64,000 bases of DNA from a virus (taxonomy: Duplodnaviria; Caudoviricetes). Below, piece after piece: positions 17,103 to 25,791 of the stretch; position 1 is the first letter of the stretch, and every line of letters begins with the position of its first letter. Under the pieces are notes generated by a model. The model was not told the origin of the DNA, did no database searches, and was given only the letters and a program-made list of their open reading frames with translations. The stretch is taken from the IMG/VR virus record IMGVR_UViG_3300030420_000007, positions 358-64,357 of that record; one strand, 5' to 3'. The position numbers and the translations under genes were made by a program.

Positions 17103-17564
17103 ATGAACTTTCTCTATCGTTCCACCAAGACCTTCGGTCATGACATCGGGCTCTCCGCCGCTTTCCGGCAGTGGCGGGCTGACAGTCATTGCCGCTTCAT
17201 CCACGGCTACGCCCTGGCGATCCACCTGGAGTTTGAGTCCTCTGAGCTTGACATCCGCAATTGGGTGGTCGACTTCGGGAGCCTGAAGAGCCTCAAGCAG
17301 ATTCTTCAGGACACCTTCGACCACAAGCTGCTGGTGGCAGAGGATGACCCGATGCTCCCGATGCTCCAGGCTCTTGACACGGCTGGCGTGGCCGAAGTCG
17401 TGGTGGTGCCAGCCACGGGCTGCGAACGCTTTGCTGAGATGATCGCTGAAGTCGTTGACATCTGGCTCAAGGACAACGGATACTCACCGCGGGTCATTCT
17501 TGCCAAGGTCGAGGTCCGCGAGCACGGCGCCAACAGCGCCATTGTCATTCCCCTGCCCTTCTAA
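17103..17564 (+). CDS. queD: 6-carboxy-5,6,7,8-tetrahydropterin synthase QueD
   Basis: SHCRFIHGY, WVVDFGSLK, FDH, TGCE, V.VREH..NSA motifs. Confidence 0.92.
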   Translation: MNFLYRSTKTFGHDIGLSAAFRQWRADSHCRFIHGYALAIHLEFESSELDIRNWVVDFGSLKSLKQILQDTFDHKLLVAEDDPMLPMLQALDTAGVAEVVVVPATGCERFAEMIAEVVDIWLKDNGYSPRVILAKVEVREHGANSAIVIPLPF

Positions 17565-17588
17565 TCAACCTCAACCAAGGAGTTCAAC

Positions 17589-18449
17589 ATGTGGTTCAAA
17601 ATCATTGAGTCGATCAAGACCCAGCAGCGCAGCATCGCTCTCCAGGCCATCGCAACCAACAGCCTGTTCGTGGTAATCATCATCGGCATCCTCGTTCACC
17701 AAGGGACCCCGCTGACTGGTGGGCTTGGCCTGGCTTTGATTGCCATGGTAGTCACCCCGGTCGTCTTCTTCTGGGTCATGTACAGCATCCCGGGCTACGT
17801 CTTCCGTGAGGCACGCAAGCTCTACGGTGACCGACTCGCTGGTGAACCTGAGAACAACGACAACCCCTGGGACTTGCAGCGTGATCTGATGAAGGCCTCC
17901 GGGCAAGCGTGCCCGCCCCTCCCCAGGTTCACCAACGGGACGGTCTTGTACTCCGCACTCATCATGGAAGAGGTGGGCGAGACCTTCATGGAGATCAGTG
18001 ACATCCTGAGTGCTTATGCTTCATCCCCCGAGTTCGAGAAGGCCCTGGGGGGTGGTCGTGCCTCGATCCACCAGCTCATCGTCCACCGCAATCAGTTCGC
18101 CGACCTTGCGGCCCAACTGAATAAGACCTCGGTCTCGATCAGGACCAGCCTTCAATCAACCACGTATGACTTCGATCTGACCCAGGAGCAGGCCAAGCCT
18201 CTGCTTGATGGCACGACCGACGTTGCTGTGGTGAACTGCGGATTCGCCTTGGCCACCGGGCTCCCTGGCTCTGCCGCCTACCACGAGGTGGTGACGTCGA
18301 ACCTGAGCAAGCGCAATCCCGCCACTGGCAAGATCGACAAGACGCCCGACGGCAAGTGGATCAAGGGCGTTAACTACCAGCCCCCGAACCTTGACATCGT
18401 GCTGTACGCCCAGCGCGCCGGCTTCGAGTGGAACGCTGATCGGGTATGA
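17589..18449 (+). CDS. MazG-like NTP pyrophosphohydrolase with two N-terminal transmembrane helices
   Basis: EEVGE...LLDGTTDVAVVNCG...EVVTSNLSK...DGKWIKG.NYQPPNL; hydrophobic helices at about aa 16-36 and 43-66. Confidence 0.75.
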   Translation: MWFKIIESIKTQQRSIALQAIATNSLFVVIIIGILVHQGTPLTGGLGLALIAMVVTPVVFFWVMYSIPGYVFREARKLYGDRLAGEPENNDNPWDLQRDLMKASGQACPPLPRFTNGTVLYSALIMEEVGETFMEISDILSAYASSPEFEKALGGGRASIHQLIVHRNQFADLAAQLNKTSVSIRTSLQSTTYDFDLTQEQAKPLLDGTTDVAVVNCGFALATGLPGSAAYHEVVTSNLSKRNPATGKIDKTPDGKWIKGVNYQPPNLDIVLYAQRAGFEWNADRV

Positions 18450-19114
18450 CCGAGCACCAGCCCTTGTTCGAGACCTCGCGGGAGGCTCTGACATTTGCCC
18501 TCAACACATCGGCCGTCATCCCGCGGCCGATGTTTAACCGGGCGATGGCGGAGACTCCCAGGTCCAAGGCGATCCAAAGCCCGGAGGAGATCGAGGCCGA
18601 ACTAACCCAGGCGGCCCGCCAGCTAAACACAGGACCGCGTAGGACATCGCTGAGGGGGCTGGAGGCATCAGCGCAAGCCGGGATGATCCTGCTGCACCTG
18701 GGGCGCATTGATGAGCACCAGCACGTTATCCTGACCGGGCTCTTGAGCCACCCTTGGGACCCCTGCGCCTGCGGAGCACCCTGCTGCTCAGGCAAGCGGA
18801 TCACCAGGCGCTACGCTGAGGCCTTCAAGCGCACTTGCGAGATCGTCGACGAGGCCGGGGAGATGCTGCGCCGGGATGGGAAGAAGCACCCCATGAGCCC
18901 ACAGCCCAAGCTGCGCAAGCTCCTCGTTGAGCAATTCCTGTGTGGCCAGACAGCAACCCTCACTGACATCGCCCATGAGGCAGAGGTCAGCATGGCCACC
19001 GCGGCCAAGCACCGTGACTGGGTGATGACCCTCCTAAGCCAGATCGAGGATGAAGCCTGGCTGGCAATCGACCCCATCCTGGTGGGCGCCGGCATCGTGG
19101 GAGACCTGGGGTAA
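18446..19114 (+). CDS. Putative late-gene regulator (Q-antiterminator-like; Cys cluster + C-terminal HTH)
   Basis: EALTFAL, GLEASAQAGMI, CACGAPCC, TLTDIAHEAEVSMATA HTH; sits directly upstream of a terminator and the late operon. Confidence 0.55.
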   Translation: MTEHQPLFETSREALTFALNTSAVIPRPMFNRAMAETPRSKAIQSPEEIEAELTQAARQLNTGPRRTSLRGLEASAQAGMILLHLGRIDEHQHVILTGLLSHPWDPCACGAPCCSGKRITRRYAEAFKRTCEIVDEAGEMLRRDGKKHPMSPQPKLRKLLVEQFLCGQTATLTDIAHEAEVSMATAAKHRDWVMTLLSQIEDEAWLAIDPILVGAGIVGDLG

Positions 19115-19170
19115 TACCCTGGGTTTTTAACCAGGTATTGATTAACCGGCCTCTGGGGCGCTTTTACGCG

Positions 19171-19186
19171 CCTCTATATATAGAGG
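19171..19186. promoter_or_regulatory. Perfect 16-bp palindrome
   Basis: CCTCTATATATAGAGG is its own reverse complement. Confidence 0.7.
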
Positions 19187-19322
19187 GACCCCCGGCCTGA
19201 GATCGTGGCGCCTGGCTCGATCTGGGCGGGCTCCCGGGCCTGTTTGCCACCCCAGTTTTGCCCGTGTGTAAAAATCAGTTAATATTCCCCTCCATCAATT
19301 AGTGGTGGAAATCCCGTCAGGC

Positions 19323-19353
19323 AAAGCCCGCGCATCGTATGGCGGGCTTTTTT
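19323..19353 (+). terminator. Rho-independent terminator (tR'-like position)
   Basis: AAAGCCCGC..CAT-CGT-ATG..GCGGGCTTTTTT. Confidence 0.8.
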
Positions 19354-19399
19354 GTTGTCTGAGGCACACCAAGGGTCCCCGGCCAAGCCTGTGCGGCCT

Positions 19400-19802
19400 G
19401 GGTGGTCCATCAGGGTCCTAGTAGGACTGGGGGCGCTTGTCTCCCACTCCCAGTCCCTTGGCCTCGGCCATGACTGTTGGAAGTTGCCCTGATGGTCTGC
19501 TTTGCCAAGCCCCCGACCTCCTCGGTTGGGGGTCGGGGTCGTTTTGGGATCCCACCAGCATTGACCAAGCCGCTTGAAGGCAGATAAGACCAGACAAGAC
19601 ACTACTGCTGAGTCCCACCCTTTAATGCTTCGCCACCCGCAGGCGGCTTGGTCAATGCAAAGTTTTGAGGCATCCGGTTCTTACGTAGTCGGGACAACGG
19701 GTTAGCGCCGTCGTCTGGTCCTGATGGAATCTCCTCTCGGGGTTAAGTGGAACGCCAACGCTGCTTCATGCGAGCCGGCCACCAACAGACCCGGATGCCT
19801 CA
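19400..19802 (+). ncRNA. Candidate structured non-coding RNA (family unknown; strand inferred)
   Basis: Perfect 16-bp helix 19558-19573/19643-19658, 12-bp helix 19666-19677/19791-19802, 9-bp helix 19407-19415/19487-19495, inter-domain complementarity 19588-19595/19713-19720; no convincing ORF. Confidence 0.55.
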
Positions 19803-19823
19803 CCCCGATCAGCAGGAGACCCC

Positions 19824-20348
19824 ATGCTGGATGACACCAAGTGGAACGCCGACTTCATCGGCAAGGCCATCGCCTACCAAATCTTCAAGCGCGCCGACCT
19901 CGTAGTACCCAACTGCTACTGGACGGGCAACGAAACCGACCTCCTAGTCATCGAGCGTAAGGGTCTCCGCATCATCGACGTCGAAATCAAGATCAGCAGG
20001 TCAGACCTGAAGGCCGATCTGCGTAAGGACAAGTGGTGGGTCAAGCGACCGTGGTCACGTAGATCAGGACAACCGACCCGGCTTGAGTGGCCAGCCAAGG
20101 TCTGGAAGCACTACTACGTAATGCCCGCCGAGATTTGGGATCCCAAGCTCTACGACGACATCCCCCAAGCATCGGGCATCGTTACGTTAAAGCACCAACG
20201 TAGCAAGACCACACCGATCTCAGCAGTCCTAGTACGTAGGGCCAAGCCCAACAGGGAAGCAAAACCAATAAGCCCGCATGACGCCATAGACCTAGCAAGA
20301 CTAGCTACCCTCAGGATGTGGGCGGCTTTAACCAAGGAGAAGCAATGA
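19824..20348 (+). CDS. MmcB-like PD-(D/E)XK nuclease-fold protein
   Basis: ETDLLVI...DVEIKISRSDLKAD..K...HYYV.P. Confidence 0.75.
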   Translation: MLDDTKWNADFIGKAIAYQIFKRADLVVPNCYWTGNETDLLVIERKGLRIIDVEIKISRSDLKADLRKDKWWVKRPWSRRSGQPTRLEWPAKVWKHYYVMPAEIWDPKLYDDIPQASGIVTLKHQRSKTTPISAVLVRRAKPNREAKPISPHDAIDLARLATLRMWAALTKEKQ

Positions 20349-20588
20349 ACGGAATCCAACAACACCTTAACATCGTGATCTGCCAAGACGCAGCGGATGC
20401 CATCGATCAGGGCTACGTCTACCGTGATCCCATCAAGGCAATCGAGATTCACCAAGGTCGTCGTGGTCAAGCACGGCACGCAAGCAGGATTGCCTACGGT
20501 CGACATCCTCATGAAGGATGAAGCCGGCAACCAGTACGTAGTCATGCTGACAGCTGCACTCTTGCGGAGCCTCCCGCTGGATCCCTAG
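20345..20588 (+). pseudogene. Small gene interrupted by a +1 frameshift near 20448-20450 (or a sequencing indel)
   Basis: Frame 0 MNGIQQHL...IKAIEI continues plausibly in frame +1 as TKVVVVKHGTQAGLPTVDILMKDEAGNQYVVMLT...; GAGATTCACC differs from GAG ATC ACC by one extra T. Confidence 0.6.
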
Positions 20589-20769
20589 GTTGACCACCAC
20601 CCGGTCTAATCAAATTGACGAGCCTTGCGTAATGGGAACAATCAAACCCCATTACTTGAGGTAGTTAAGAGAGCCCCAGCAAATGGCCAATGCTTTGCGT
20701 GCGTAACCACGTTAAGGCAGACACTAGCTAGGGTCTTACCACGCACCGTAGAGACGGAGAAAAAATATC

Positions 20770-21228
20770 ATGGAATCACCCACACCACGTAAGCAACTCA
20801 AGGTAGCATCAGGACAAGGTGGCTGGCGCCCAGGAGCAGGACGCAAGCCCAACTCCACTAACCGCATGAGCGCTGAGGCCAGGGAGAAGGCCAGGCTCAC
20901 CGGATTGCTGCCCCACGAAATCCTCCTAAGCATTGCTAGAGGCGAGCCGCAGGAGGAGATCGACGTCGAGGCAGAGACTGGTCGTCAGACCACGCGTCTC
21001 GTCCCGATCAGCGTAGAACGTAGACTCGATGCTGCCAAGGCGGCCGCTCCCTACTACGCTCCGAAGATCAGCACCGTGGAAGTTATTAGTGGAGTAGGTG
21101 ACCATGACCTCGATCAGCTCATTACGCAGCTTGCCTCCGAAGCAGGCGTTAGTCTTAGCGCTGGCGGAGAGAGCCCGCAGGGAGAAGGCACGGAGAAACC
21201 GCGAGACCGCGTTAAGCTCAAATCCTGA
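20770..21228 (+). CDS. terS: Terminase small subunit
   Basis: [27 protein letters not shown] motifs; immediately precedes terL. Confidence 0.8.
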   Translation: MESPTPRKQLKVASGQGGWRPGAGRKPNSTNRMSAEAREKARLTGLLPHEILLSIARGEPQEEIDVEAETGRQTTRLVPISVERRLDAAKAAAPYYAPKISTVEVISGVGDHDLDQLITQLASEAGVSLSAGGESPQGEGTEKPRDRVKLKS

Positions 21229-22588
21229 CGTACGTCCTGAGTTCAAGGATGGCCCGAGCCTGGTGCTCAACAAGAGCCACCCACTGAGCAAGCTCTACTA
21301 CAAGAAGAAGCGCTACAAGATTTTCTGGGGTGGCCGGGGCTCTGCGAAGTCATGGGGCATTGCGGAGGCACTCATCCGCCTTGCGGCTGGCATGCCCTTA
21401 CGTATCCTCTGCACGCGTGAGTATCAGAACTCCATCAAGGACTCCAGCCACAAGCTGCTGAAGGACACGATCGAGCGCCTGGGCATGGAGACTTGGTTCA
21501 CCGTAACTGACAGCTCGATCAAGTCACGCGTCGGCGCTGAGTTCATCTTCAAGGGCCTGCACAGCAACGAGGAGGGCATCAAGTCTACGGAGGGCATTGA
21601 CATCTGCTGGGTGGAGGAAGCCCAGACCGTGACCAACGCCTCGTGGAAGTCCTTGACGCCTACCATCCGTGGTGATGACGCTGAAATCTGGGTGAGCTTC
21701 AACCTGATCACCGAAGACGACGCGACCTTCCAGCGCGTTGTGGTCCGGCCCATGAAGCGGGCAGCTGAGGAGATGGGGGAAGAGTTCGACATCAACGACG
21801 CCCTGACCATGGACTCGTTTGAGGATCGCCGCTACTTGATCCACAAGATCAACTACGACAGCAATCCCTACTTCCCCCAGGTCTTGCGCGAGGAGATGGA
21901 GGAAGATCGGGAGACCGACTTCCACATGTACGAGCACGTCTGGCTCGGCCTGCCCCTGAAGGTCAGCAATGCGATCGTGCTCAATGGTAAGTACCGAGTC
22001 GAGGAGTTTGATGATGACCTCTGGCGCCAGGCGGAGCGTCTGCACTTCGGTGCTGACTTTGGCTTTGCTCAAGATCCCAACACCCTTATCCGTTTCTTCG
22101 TTATCGAGCGTGGACGCAAACGCAGTCTGTACATCGAGTACGAGGCCTACGGCACGGGGGTCGAGCTCGACGACATGGCGGAGTTCTACGACTCCGTACC
22201 CGGCTCCCGAGACTGGCCGATCAAAGCTGATTCGGCTCGACCGGAGACTATCAGCCATATACGCCGGCGTGGGTTTGCAATCTCGGCTGCGGAGAAGTGG
22301 GAGGGCTGCGTAAAGGATGGGGTCACCCATCTCCGTGGCTTCACTGAAATCATCATCCACCCGCGCTGCGTCAAGACCGCCAGGGAAGCAAGGCTCTGGA
22401 GGTACAAGGTCGACAAGAAGCAGACGGATGAGCATGGCCAGCCCATGGTCTTGCCAGTCCTCGTCGACAAGGACAACCACTGCTGGGACGGCGTGCGCTA
22501 TGGCCTCGACGGGTATATCCAGCGTAGCGGCGCCATCGGGGTATGGTCCAGGCTGGGGGAAGACAAGCTCCCCACTCATCAACACTAG
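21104..22588 (+). CDS. terL: Terminase large subunit, PBSX-like
   Basis: [52 protein letters not shown]. Confidence 0.95.
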   Translation: MTSISSLRSLPPKQALVLALAERARREKARRNRETALSSNPDVRPEFKDGPSLVLNKSHPLSKLYYKKKRYKIFWGGRGSAKSWGIAEALIRLAAGMPLRILCTREYQNSIKDSSHKLLKDTIERLGMETWFTVTDSSIKSRVGAEFIFKGLHSNEEGIKSTEGIDICWVEEAQTVTNASWKSLTPTIRGDDAEIWVSFNLITEDDATFQRVVVRPMKRAAEEMGEEFDINDALTMDSFEDRRYLIHKINYDSNPYFPQVLREEMEEDRETDFHMYEHVWLGLPLKVSNAIVLNGKYRVEEFDDDLWRQAERLHFGADFGFAQDPNTLIRFFVIERGRKRSLYIEYEAYGTGVELDDMAEFYDSVPGSRDWPIKADSARPETISHIRRRGFAISAAEKWEGCVKDGVTHLRGFTEIIIHPRCVKTAREARLWRYKVDKKQTDEHGQPMVLPVLVDKDNHCWDGVRYGLDGYIQRSGAIGVWSRLGEDKLPTHQH

Positions 22589-22598
22589 GAGTATCAAC

Positions 22599-22865
22599 AT
22601 GACGAGTAAGACCCCGACTGCCAAGGCGGTCGAGCAGGTGGCGGAGGCCACCGTGGCCACGGCACGCAAGAGCATGCCCAGCGCACCCAACCTCAAGAAC
22701 GCGGCTGCGATGTCAGCGGTGGCCCAGATCAAACGGGCCTCCACCTGGGTGCCGCATCACGCAGTCACGGAGATCAGCAGGGTGCGCGTGATGCATCTCC
22801 ATCCCCAGGTCGCGGTCTACAAGACCGAGATGCTGGAATACTTCTCGACCCGCCTGGAGGCCTGA
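22599..22865 (+). CDS. Hypothetical protein
   Basis: RBS AGGAG; 88 aa. Confidence 0.65.
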   Translation: MTSKTPTAKAVEQVAEATVATARKSMPSAPNLKNAAAMSAVAQIKRASTWVPHHAVTEISRVRVMHLHPQVAVYKTEMLEYFSTRLEA

Positions 22866-22867
22866 CC

Positions 22868-23497
22868 ATGAGCAAGAGCATTCACATCCACGTCCATACG
22901 CGCGACGCCGGTGAGTTCAAGGAGAGCGACCACCCCCGCGCAAAGAACGGTCAGTTCGGCTCCGGTGGCGGCGGTGGTGGTGGTGGTTCTGCCAAGCCTG
23001 CTGCGAAGTCGGCTCATGCCAACGCTGCCAAGCCCAAGACCTTCCGTGAGGTCCTCGACAATCCCGAGCACCGCAAGATGGTCAACTCCATTGAGGAGTA
23101 CATCAGTGACTTGCGTCACCAGCCAGGCCGCAAGGAGCACATCGAAGGATTGCAATACGCAGTCAAGGAGCTGGAGAAGGCATCAGGCTTCAAATACGAC
23201 GTTGACCCCGAAGTGCTCAAGCCCGCCAAGACCGGCAGCACCTCGATGTCACAGAAGGCGGCCGCCAACAAAGAGTTCCACGCAAAGCAAGCAGCGGCCG
23301 AGACGAAGGCCCACGCTGATCTGAGCAGCCATCCCAACTACAGCAAGGCCGACCACAACTACCTCAAGGGGAAGGGCTGGACCGCGGGTGAGATCAAAGC
23401 CCGTTGGGATGAAGAAGCCAAAGCAGGGCACAAGGCCCAGCAAGGCAACAAGCATGCGAAGCCAGGGGAACCGGGCTACATGAAAGCCCGCCCATAA
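22868..23497 (+). CDS. Putative internal head (cargo) protein with HIHVH-TRD leader and HPRxxNGQF motif
   Basis: MSKSIHIHVHTRDAGEFKESDHPRAKNGQFGSGGGGGGGG...; between terminase and portal. Confidence 0.7.
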   Translation: MSKSIHIHVHTRDAGEFKESDHPRAKNGQFGSGGGGGGGGSAKPAAKSAHANAAKPKTFREVLDNPEHRKMVNSIEEYISDLRHQPGRKEHIEGLQYAVKELEKASGFKYDVDPEVLKPAKTGSTSMSQKAAANKEFHAKQAAAETKAHADLSSHPNYSKADHNYLKGKGWTAGEIKARWDEEAKAGHKAQQGNKHAKPGEPGYMKARP

Positions 23498-23509
23498 CAA
23501 GGAGCCGTC

Positions 23510-25090
23510 ATGGCAAAAACATCTGTCAAGGCTTTGGTGCGTGACGCCAAGGCCCAGGACACCCGCGTCCGACGTGAACTCCATACGGGGTCGAGCATCA
23601 GCGGGGTCACCAACGACAGCTTCGTCAACTTCGCTCAGAAGATCGGCATCGGCGCAGACAACGCCCTGTCATCGGGCTCATACGGCTACAACCCCATCAC
23701 GCGCAACCGGACCCTCCTTGAGTGGATCCATCGGGGCTCGTGGTTGGGTGGCGTGGCTATCGATCTGATAGCAGACGATATGACGCGCGCAGGGGTCGAC
23801 TTCACCACGGAGATGCCACCCGATGACTCCGAGGCAATCGAGTCCGAGATCACCAACATGGGTATCTGGGATGCGACCAACGAGACGATCAAGTGGGGCC
23901 GCCTCTACGGTGGCTGCATCGGCGTGCTGCTGGTTGATGGCCAGGACATGAAGACACCCCTGCGCCTCGACACGGTGCGCAAGGGCCAGTTCAAGGGGGT
24001 GCTCCCTCTGGACCGCTGGCAGATCGAACCCAGCCTGGAAGACCTCGTCACGGATTTTGGTCCGCACATGGGGCTCCCGCGCTACTACACGGTGCTTGCC
24101 AGCGCCCCGGCTCTGCGTGGCGTGATCATCCACCACAGTCGCCTGGCCTTCCGCATCGAAGGCATCAAGCTGCCATTCCAGCAGAGGCTCACGGAGAACC
24201 TCTGGGGCATCTCAGTGCTTGAGCGGCTCTACGATCGCATGGTGGCCTTTGACAGCGCAACCACTGGGGCGGCTCAGTTGGTCTACAAGGCTTACCTGCG
24301 GACCTTGAGTATCAAGGGGCTGCGCGAGCTTGTGGCCACCGGAGGCAAGCCCATGGAAGGGCTAGTTGCTTACACGGAGATCATGCGGCGCTTCCAAGGG
24401 ATGGAGGGCATTACGCTGGTCGATGGCGAGGACAAGTTCGAGGTCCAGGGGCACAGCGCCTTCTCGGGTCTCAGCGATGCGCTTGTCCAGTTCGGGCAGC
24501 AGTTGTCAGGAGCCCTCCAGATACCTCTGGTGCGTCTGTTCGGTCAGAGCCCCGCGGGTCTCAGTGCGAGCGGCGAATCCGATCTGCGGACCTACTACGA
24601 CAACATCAACCAGCGCCAGGTCAAGGACCTTTTCGTTGGCATGACCACGATCTACAAGCTCACCGCGCAGAGCATGGGCATCAGCTTGCCCAGGAACTTC
24701 GCCATCGAGTTTGCCAGCCTGTGGCAGCTTGACGACACGGCCAAGGCCACCAACGCAAGCACGGTGGGCAGCGCGGTCACCGGAGCCTATGAGGCAGGCC
24801 TGATCGGACGCAAGACGGCTCTGCGCGAGCTGCGCCAGGTCAGCAAGTCAACGGGTATCTTCACCAACGTCACGCAGGAGTCTATTGAGGCAGCGGACGA
24901 CGAGATTGCACCACCCGGTGGTGAGGGCTTGCTAGATTCCCTGGGTGGTCCTCCCCTGCCGGGCTCAGAGCCTGGCGCTGGTGAGGTCGACCCGAGTGAG
25001 AAGTTGCCAGGAGATGAAGATGCCAAGACTGGACCGAACGGGCAAGCGCGCCCGATGGCTGGAGGCACGCCGCGCCGAAAGCTCATATAA
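23510..25090 (+). CDS. Portal protein (DUF1073-like)
   Basis: YGYNPITRNR.LLEW, RLYGG, LENLWG.SVLER, QIPLVRLFGQSPAGL.ASGESDL..YYD. Confidence 0.9.
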   Translation: MAKTSVKALVRDAKAQDTRVRRELHTGSSISGVTNDSFVNFAQKIGIGADNALSSGSYGYNPITRNRTLLEWIHRGSWLGGVAIDLIADDMTRAGVDFTTEMPPDDSEAIESEITNMGIWDATNETIKWGRLYGGCIGVLLVDGQDMKTPLRLDTVRKGQFKGVLPLDRWQIEPSLEDLVTDFGPHMGLPRYYTVLASAPALRGVIIHHSRLAFRIEGIKLPFQQRLTENLWGISVLERLYDRMVAFDSATTGAAQLVYKAYLRTLSIKGLRELVATGGKPMEGLVAYTEIMRRFQGMEGITLVDGEDKFEVQGHSAFSGLSDALVQFGQQLSGALQIPLVRLFGQSPAGLSASGESDLRTYYDNINQRQVKDLFVGMTTIYKLTAQSMGISLPRNFAIEFASLWQLDDTAKATNASTVGSAVTGAYEAGLIGRKTALRELRQVSKSTGIFTNVTQESIEAADDEIAPPGGEGLLDSLGGPPLPGSEPGAGEVDPSEKLPGDEDAKTGPNGQARPMAGGTPRRKLI

Positions 25091-25775
25091 CACCAGGCTG
25101 CGCCAGGTTGCCAAGCAGATCGGGGTGATCGTCAAGGGGTTCGCCCCCAACGGGGTCCTACCACTTACCCGCAAGGATGAGTTGGTCAAAGCCCTCGACG
25201 ATTACTCTAGGCTCATTGGTCCCTGGGCACGCTCGGTGGCTGAGTACATGGTGGCAGACGTCGCCAGGCGCAACGCCAAGGCCTGGCGCGAGCAAGGCGC
25301 TGAGATGAGTAGGGGGCTGCGCGCCGAGATCGAGCAAGCCCCCATTGGCGCCGTCTACCAGAGCTTGATGGCAGAGCAGGTCGATCTGATCACCAGCCTC
25401 CCCAGGGATGCGGCAGAGCGGGTCAACCGGCTGGCCACCGAATCCATGATTGACGGTGAGCGCTCCGGATCGATCCAGGAGGAGATCATGCGCACGGGCC
25501 AGGTCTCAGAGAACCGCGCCCGCATGATCGCTCGCACGGAGGTCTCCCGCGCTGCCACTACCCTGACCCAAGCCAGGGCCACCTACGCGGGGAGCGACGG
25601 CTACATTTGGCGCACCGTGGGAGACCTCGACGTGCGTCACACTCATCGCAAGATGGAAGGCAAGTTCGTCCGCTGGGATAGCCCTCCCAAGACTGACGCG
25701 AGCCTTGCACCTTATCACGCAGGGGCAGGACCGAACTGCCGCTGTTTTCCTGAACCTGTTTTGCCTGATCTGTAA
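25020..25775 (+). CDS. Head morphogenesis protein (Mu gpF / SPP1 gp7-like)
   Basis: RARMIARTEVSRA, YIWRTVGDLDVR.TH, G..PNCRCF; RBS CAGGAG; overlaps portal 3' end. Confidence 0.88.
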   Translation: MPRLDRTGKRARWLEARRAESSYNTRLRQVAKQIGVIVKGFAPNGVLPLTRKDELVKALDDYSRLIGPWARSVAEYMVADVARRNAKAWREQGAEMSRGLRAEIEQAPIGAVYQSLMAEQVDLITSLPRDAAERVNRLATESMIDGERSGSIQEEIMRTGQVSENRARMIARTEVSRAATTLTQARATYAGSDGYIWRTVGDLDVRHTHRKMEGKFVRWDSPPKTDASLAPYHAGAGPNCRCFPEPVLPDL

Positions 25776-25791
25776 CGCAACAAGGAGTTAG

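Noticed and set aside
19487-19730. CUGAUG segments as hammerhead ribozyme cores
   Set aside because: Both read CUGAUGG rather than CUGANGA, and I found no matching GAAA/UH arrangement.
19115-19823. tRNA genes in the large intergenic region
   Set aside because: No GTTCRA T-loop or cloverleaf found by eye; tRNAscan/ARAGORN would be decisive.
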